The translations under genes and the position numbers were made by a program. From contig CAVZQX010000078.1 in assembly GCA_963777475.1 (NCBI GenBank), positions 23,006 to 87,005 on the forward strand: a stretch of DNA of 64,000 bases, given 5' to 3'. This DNA is from an uncultured Alphaproteobacteria bacterium. GTDB lineage: Bacteria > Pseudomonadota > Alphaproteobacteria > Rhizobiales > Xanthobacteraceae. Below the pieces are notes generated by a model that was not told the origin of the DNA, searched no databases, and saw nothing but the letters and a program-made list of their open reading frames with translations. Positions 59,078-64,000 of the stretch are shown here, piece by piece. Each line of letters opens with the position of its first letter. Positions within the stretch are counted from its first letter, which is position 1.

Positions 59078-59212
59078 CGTCGTCGATGTGACGACGCGAT
59101 GACGTTGCGGATATTCCGTCCCAGTTGCCGATTTTACAGCCTCGCTTGTTGCGCCTGCCCGCCGCATAATGGCTAAGCGCGATAGCTCGCTATCGCACTT
59201 TAATTTAATGTT

Positions 59213-59318
59213 TGAGCATGATCTTCGCGCAAACGCGTTCCGCGTTTGTTAGCTAAGGGAAAACCGGTCTCCACTCCGCTATCCAGGTGCGGGGCAGGTT
59301 TTTTCCGGATCATGCTCA
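59213..59318. repeat. Palindromic intergenic repeat (TGAGCATGATC ... GATCATGCTCA)
   Basis: An 11-bp perfect inverted repeat about 85 nt apart encloses a CAAACGCG-TTC-CGCGTTTG hairpin. It resembles a repeat I recall as common in Rhizobiales intergenic regions. Confidence 0.55.
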
Positions 59319-59344
59319 GGTACCCATGATCCACGAGGCGAACC

Positions 59345-60085
59345 ATGAAGATCGAAGACGTCAGGCGAAACGCCTATTCGATGCCGCTGACCAACCCGTC
59401 ATTCCCGCCGGGGCCCTACCGTTTCTTCAACCGCGAATACTTCGTCATCACCTACCGGACCGATCCGGAAGCGCTCGCGGCCGTGGTGCCCGAGCCGTTG
59501 GAAGTCACTGAACCGGTCGTCAAATATGAATTCATCCGCATGCCCAACTCGACCGGCTTCGGCGACTACACCGAAACCGGTCAGGTGATCCCGGTCCGCC
59601 TCAACGGCGAGGAGGGCGCCTATACCCACGCGATGTATCTCGACGACGACGCGCCGATCGCGGGTGGCCGCGAACTCTGGGGCTTTCCCAAGAAACTCGC
59701 CAAGCCGAAAATCGAAGTCGAAAGCGACGTGCTGGTCGGCAGCCTGCATTATGGCTCGGTGCTGTGCGTCTCCGCCACCATGGGCTACAAGCACCGCTAC
59801 GTCGATCATGACACCGTGCTGAAGAGCATGAAGGCGCCGAATTTCATTTTGAAGATCATTCCGCACGTCGACGGGTCGGCGCGCATCTGCGAGCTGGTGC
59901 GCTTCAACCTCGAGGACATCACGCTCAAGGAAGCCTGGACTGGTCCCGCCGCGCTCGGATTGTTTCCGCACGCGCTCGCGGACGTGGCAAAGCTGCCGGT
60001 GCGTGAGGTCGTCTCTGCGCTGCACTTCAAGGCGGATTTGACGCTGGGGCTGGGGAGCGTGGCGTTCGATTATATGGCGAGGTGA
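59345..60085 (+). CDS. adc: Acetoacetate decarboxylase
   Basis: 246 aa. [28 protein letters not shown]...[10 protein letters not shown] matches the ADC family. Confidence 0.9.
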   Translation: MKIEDVRRNAYSMPLTNPSFPPGPYRFFNREYFVITYRTDPEALAAVVPEPLEVTEPVVKYEFIRMPNSTGFGDYTETGQVIPVRLNGEEGAYTHAMYLDDDAPIAGGRELWGFPKKLAKPKIEVESDVLVGSLHYGSVLCVSATMGYKHRYVDHDTVLKSMKAPNFILKIIPHVDGSARICELVRFNLEDITLKEAWTGPAALGLFPHALADVAKLPVREVVSALHFKADLTLGLGSVAFDYMAR

Positions 60086-60114
60086 GAAGCGCCGCACTTG
60101 CCTCTCGCTCTGAC

Positions 60115-60216
60115 CCGTCATGCCCCGCGAAGGCGGGCCATCCAGTACGCCGAGACGTCAGTGAGAATCGAGAGGCCAGTGTTTACTGGATCACCCGCCT
60201 TCGCGGGTGATGACAG
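60115..60216. repeat. CGTCAT-ended palindromic (MITE/REP-like) element
   Basis: Termini CCGTCATGCCCCGCGAAGGCGGGC / CACCCGCCTTCGCGGGTGATGACAG (20 of 24 positions complementary). It lies between the convergent adc and hss genes. Confidence 0.7.
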
Positions 60217-60254
60217 TTGAGCAAGTTGGAACGTCGTGCCTTCACGGCGCTGCC

Positions 60255-61685
60255 TCACCGCACCAGCACATTCCTGAACTGCCACGGATCCGAGGTGTCG
60301 ATGTCTTCCGGAAACAGTCCGGGGCGGTCGGCGAGCGGGGTCCAGTCGGTGTAGAAACCTTTCACCGGGCCAAGATACGGCATCTGGATTTCCAGGCAGC
60401 GGCGGAAATCCATCTCGTCGGCTTCGACGATGCCCTCGGTCGGGTTTTCCAGCGCCCAGACCATGCCGGCGAGCACGGCGGAAGAGACCTGCATGCCGGT
60501 GGCGTTCTGGTAGGGCGCGATGGCCCGGGTTTCCTCGATCGAGAGCTGCGAGCCGTACCAATAGGCGTTCTTGGCGTGGCCATAGACCAGCACGCCGAGC
60601 TCGTCGATGCCGTCGACGATCTCGTGCTCGTCGAGAATATGCCACTTCTCCTGCATCTTGCCGGTCGCGCCGAAAATCTCGTGCAGCGACAGCACCGCGT
60701 CGTTCGCCGGATGGTAGGCGTAGTGGCAGGTCGGGCGGTAGACCACGTTTTGGCCGTCGCGCACCGCAAAATAGTCCGCGATCGAGATCGACTCGTTGTG
60801 GGTGACCAGAAAACCGTATTGCGCGCCCGGGGTCGGGCACCAGGAGCGCACCCGGGTGTTGGCGCCGGGCTGCAACAGATAGATCGCGGCCTGGCATCCG
60901 GTCTCGTGCCTGCGGCCGTTCTCCGGCATCCATTTTTCATGGGTGCCCCAGCCGAGCTCGGCCGGCTGCATGCCTTCGGAGACAAAACCCTCGACCGACC
61001 AGGTGTTGACGAAGACGTCCATCGGCTTCGGATTCTTCGAGCGCTGGGTGTCGCGTTCGGCGATGTGGATGCCCTTGACGCCGAGCTTGCGCGCCAATTC
61101 GCCCCAGCCTTCCCGGCTCTTCGGCTCGTTGAACGGCGTGTTGGTGTCGTGCGCGATGTCGAGCAGCGCCTGCTTGACGAACCAGGACACCATGCCTGGA
61201 TTGGCGCCGCAGGTGGAGACGGCGGTGGTGCCGCTCGGGCTTTTGTGCTTGGCCGCGCGCAGCGTCTCGCGCAGCGCGTAGTTCGAACGGTTTTCCGGAC
61301 CGATCGTCTTGTCGAAATAAAATCCGGCCCACGGCTCGATGACGGTATCGATATAGAGCGCGCCGATCTCCCGGCACATCGTCATGATGTCGACCGAAGA
61401 GGTGTCGACCGACAGGTTGACGCAAAAGCCCTGGCCGCCGCCGGCGGTCAGAAGCGGCACCAGGAGTTCGCGATAATTGTCGCGGGTCACCCCCTCCTTG
61501 ATGAAGCGCACGCCGTGCTGCTTGGCGAGCTCGCCGTCCTCGTGCGGATCGATGATGACGAAGCGCGACTTGTCATAGTCGAAATGCCGTTCGATCAGGG
61601 GCAGCGTGCCCTTGCCGATCGAGCCGAAGCCGATCATGACAATGGGGCCGGAAATCTTCGCGTGGATTTGCGCAGGCGGGCTCAT
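60255..61685 (-). CDS. hss: Homospermidine synthase
   Basis: 476-aa intact ORF. GPIVMIGFGSIGKGTLPLIERHF and overall resemblance to bacterial Hss as I recall it. Confidence 0.9.
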   Translation of the reverse strand: MSPPAQIHAKISGPIVMIGFGSIGKGTLPLIERHFDYDKSRFVIIDPHEDGELAKQHGVRFIKEGVTRDNYRELLVPLLTAGGGQGFCVNLSVDTSSVDIMTMCREIGALYIDTVIEPWAGFYFDKTIGPENRSNYALRETLRAAKHKSPSGTTAVSTCGANPGMVSWFVKQALLDIAHDTNTPFNEPKSREGWGELARKLGVKGIHIAERDTQRSKNPKPMDVFVNTWSVEGFVSEGMQPAELGWGTHEKWMPENGRRHETGCQAAIYLLQPGANTRVRSWCPTPGAQYGFLVTHNESISIADYFAVRDGQNVVYRPTCHYAYHPANDAVLSLHEIFGATGKMQEKWHILDEHEIVDGIDELGVLVYGHAKNAYWYGSQLSIEETRAIAPYQNATGMQVSSAVLAGMVWALENPTEGIVEADEMDFRRCLEIQMPYLGPVKGFYTDWTPLADRPGLFPEDIDTSDPWQFRNVLVR

Positions 61686-61882
61686 GGGCGTGGGTGTCTC
61701 CGAAAAAGTGCTAACGGTTGGGATAGAGCAATCAGGCGGTGCGCGGCTTGGCGGTCACTTCGATCTCGACCTTCATCTCGGGCTTGAAGTAGTTCCATGA
61801 CTGGCTCATGACGGCATCAGGATCTCGATCTGGGGTTTTTACGGGCTTTCAGGCGGCCAGCCTAGGAAAGCCCTTCGCTATA

Positions 61883-62053
61883 TCACCGGGAACGCTGTGT
61901 CACGTCGGTGGTTGGTTGGGTCGCAGACCCAAAGCGGCGCACCAGAATGTCCCTGACGATCAAGACGGCCAGCATGATCAGAAGGACGGTGGTGACGGCG
62001 CTGCGGGCGCGCGACGGCGCGACAGCGTTCTTCAAGGACGGGAATACCCGCAT
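61883..62053 (-). CDS. Possible 56-aa single-TM micro-protein (below the ORF-track cutoff)
   Basis: Hand-translated as MRVFPSLKNAVAPSRARSAVTTVLLIMLAVLIVRDILVRRFGSATQPTTDVTQRSR. It begins 5 nt after the GNAT stop. There is no other support. Confidence 0.25.
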   Translation of the reverse strand: MRVFPSLKNAVAPSRARSAVTTVLLIMLAVLIVRDILVRRFGSATQPTTDVTQRSR

Positions 62054-62058
62054 GATAC

Positions 62059-62661
62059 TCACGCTGCGCGCGTGACCAGTCGCGCCCCCTTCCCGGCGCG
62101 CTCCGCCCTGATTTTCGGCAGGCTCGCACCGGTCGGCGCTACCATCCCCCAGGCGCCATCGAGCGCACCTTCGCAGAGCTCGAGGCCGAGCAGGCGCTCT
62201 CGCTCGAACGCGCCCGGCAGCACGAGTTCGCCGGTCTTCTCGGCCGAGAAACCGAAACGGGCATAGTAGGGCGCGTCGCCGAGCAGGATCACCGCGCGAT
62301 GGCCGCGGCTACGCGCCGCCGCGAGCGTGCGGACAATCAACGCGGCCCCGGCCCCGAGCTTGCGGCAGGAATCTTCCACCGCCAGCGGGCCGAGCATGAG
62401 CGCCGGGACGCCCCCGGCGCTGACGTGCCACAACCGCAACGATCCGACCAGCCGGCCCTCGCACACGGCCGACAGGCTAAGGCCTGCGGCGGGCGCGCGT
62501 CCGTCGCGCAGGCGCTGGCATGTGCGCATCTGGCGGCCCTCGCCAAAGCAGGCATCCAGCAGCGCTTCACGCGCAACGACGTCGGATGCACGTTCCGCAC
62601 GGATCGCGAACGGAGCGGCATTCGAGGTGAGGGCAACGGGGGCGTTCCGCAATTCGGTCAT
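62059..62661 (-). CDS. GNAT family N-acetyltransferase
   Basis: 200 aa. LGPLAVEDSCRKLGAGAALI and YYARFGF are typical GNAT motifs. Confidence 0.8.
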   Translation of the reverse strand: MTELRNAPVALTSNAAPFAIRAERASDVVAREALLDACFGEGRQMRTCQRLRDGRAPAAGLSLSAVCEGRLVGSLRLWHVSAGGVPALMLGPLAVEDSCRKLGAGAALIVRTLAAARSRGHRAVILLGDAPYYARFGFSAEKTGELVLPGAFERERLLGLELCEGALDGAWGMVAPTGASLPKIRAERAGKGARLVTRAA

Positions 62662-62781
62662 GGCACGTCAGTCCTCGCTTGCCCTGGCGACGAGGTCGCG
62701 CGGCAAGCGTTGTCAGCAAAATCGCAAATGAGGGGAGAGAGCCGGCCAGCCGGCTCCCGACAATTCACGCCTCGGAGAGGC

Positions 62782-63924
62782 TCAGATGTGGTAGGTCCGA
62801 AGCGGCGGGATGCCGTTGAAGGCCACTGACGAGTAAGTCGACGTATAGGCCCCGGTTCCTTCGATCAGCACCTTGTCGCCGATCTCGAGCGTCACCGGAA
62901 GCGGATACGGCATCTTCTCGTACAACACGTCGGCGGAGTCGCAGGTCGGACCCGCGAGCACGCACGGCGTCATGTCCGCCCCGTCATGCGGGGTACGGAT
63001 GGCGTAGCGGATCGACTCGTCCATGGTCTCGGCGAGACCGCCGAACTTGCCGATGTCCAAATACACCCAGCGCACCTCGTCCTCGTCGCTCTTCCTGGAG
63101 ATCAGGACGACTTCGGACTCGATGATGCCGGCATTGCCGACCATGCCGCGTCCCGGCTCGATGATGGTCTCCGGGATCTGGTTGCCGAAATGCTTGCGCA
63201 GCGCGCGGAAGATCGACCGGCCATATTGCACGACCGGCGGAACGTCCTTGAGATAGCGGGTCGGGAAGCCGCCGCCCATGTTGACCATGGAGAGGCTGAT
63301 TCCGCGCTCGGCGCAGTCGCGGAAGACGGTGGAGGCCATCGCCAGCGCCCGCTCCCATGCCTTCACCTTGCGCTGCTGCGAGCCGACATGGAACGAGATG
63401 CCGCACGGGTCGAGGCCAAGACGCTTAGCGAGGTCGAGCACCTCGACCGCCATCTCCGGGTCGCAGCCGAACTTCCGCGATAGCGGCCATTCGGCGCCGG
63501 CGCAGTCGTAGAGGATGCGGCAGAACACCTTGGCGCCGGGGGCGGCGCGGGCGATCTTCTCGACCTCGGCTGAGCAATCGACCGCGAACAGGCGAATGCC
63601 GAGCGCGAAGGCGCGCGCGATGTCACGCTCCTTCTTGATCGTATTGCCATAGGAGATGCGGTCCGGCGACGCGCCAGCGGCCAGCGCCATTTCGATTTCG
63701 GCAACGCTAGCCGTGTCGAAACAGGAGCCGAGCGAGGCGAGCAGCGCTAGCACTTCCGGCGCCGGGTTGGCCTTCACCGCATAGAACACGCGGCTGTCCG
63801 GCAGCGCCTTGGCAAAGTTCTGGTAGTTGTCGCGCACGACGTCGAGGTCGACCACGAGGCAAGGCTCGGTGTCCCGGCCCTCGTCGCGACGGTTGCGCAG
63901 AAATTCCCGAATACGTTCGGTCAT
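62782..63924 (-). CDS. Ornithine (Orn/Lys/Arg-type) decarboxylase, alanine-racemase-fold PLP enzyme
   Basis: 380 aa from MTERIREF (ATG 7 nt after GGAGGG), with FYAVKANP (PLP lysine), HVGSQ and GGGFP motifs. Confidence 0.9.
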   Translation of the reverse strand: MTERIREFLRNRRDEGRDTEPCLVVDLDVVRDNYQNFAKALPDSRVFYAVKANPAPEVLALLASLGSCFDTASVAEIEMALAAGASPDRISYGNTIKKERDIARAFALGIRLFAVDCSAEVEKIARAAPGAKVFCRILYDCAGAEWPLSRKFGCDPEMAVEVLDLAKRLGLDPCGISFHVGSQQRKVKAWERALAMASTVFRDCAERGISLSMVNMGGGFPTRYLKDVPPVVQYGRSIFRALRKHFGNQIPETIIEPGRGMVGNAGIIESEVVLISRKSDEDEVRWVYLDIGKFGGLAETMDESIRYAIRTPHDGADMTPCVLAGPTCDSADVLYEKMPYPLPVTLEIGDKVLIEGTGAYTSTYSSVAFNGIPPLRTYHI

Positions 63925-64000
63925 AGTAGCACCCTCCAAACGGACCCAGCGACGGGCCCCGTTCAAAATGATCTCGGACGTAGGTGCTTCGGCGTTGCCG

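Noticed and set aside
1-64000. CRISPR arrays, rRNA operons, prophage or defence-island gene sets
   Set aside because: - Reading both strands showed no regularly spaced direct repeats with unique spacers and no rRNA-like segments.
- No phage structural, integrase or nuclease-helicase defence signatures were found.
- The only mobility genes are one IS5-family element and one IS30 stump.

Overview
High-GC chromosomal segment whose gene content and repeat families look like a Bradyrhizobium/Rhodopseudomonas-type alphaproteobacterium; this is inferred from protein signatures, as no search was possible. About 60 protein genes are recognisable. No rRNA gene, intact tRNA gene or CRISPR array was seen. 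Gene order, left to right:
- vapBC toxin-antitoxin pair; VOC/TetR divergent pair; IS30 transposase remnant
- MarR plus enoyl-CoA hydratase; membrane and lipid-type genes; MBL hydrolase; orphan FkbH-like HAD enzyme
- pncB; OpgC/GntR/oxidoreductase operon; MFS transporter
- htpG; Bug-family binding protein; TetR-controlled emrAB; orphan RND pump
- FATP-type acyl-CoA synthetase; IorAB-type molybdo-oxidoreductase
- translationally coupled ACP/adenylating ligase/SDR cassette
- P1B-type ATPase with a hemerythrin-like tail; hemA; micro-ORFs around an FNR/FixK-type box; MgtC; RMD1
- an alpha/beta-hydrolase gene cleanly split by an IS5-family element
- sodB; crcB
- a Zur-box metal ABC importer led by a His-rich micro-membrane protein; COG0523 GTPase overlapping a WD40 gene; TPR-glycosyltransferase
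- adc, and a homospermidine island (odc, GNAT, hss)

Two window-wide patterns stand out. (1) At least 17 single-base indels, nearly all +1 insertions, break otherwise well-conserved genes. They are concentrated in htpG and emrB, so every pseudogene call here may equally be an assembly error. (2) Several families of intergenic palindromic or dispersed repeats are present. I found no clear-cut new defence or mobile system. The best candidates for follow-up are the Zur operon micro-protein, the COG0523-WD40 pair, the ACP-ligase-SDR cassette and the hemerythrin-fused ATPase.
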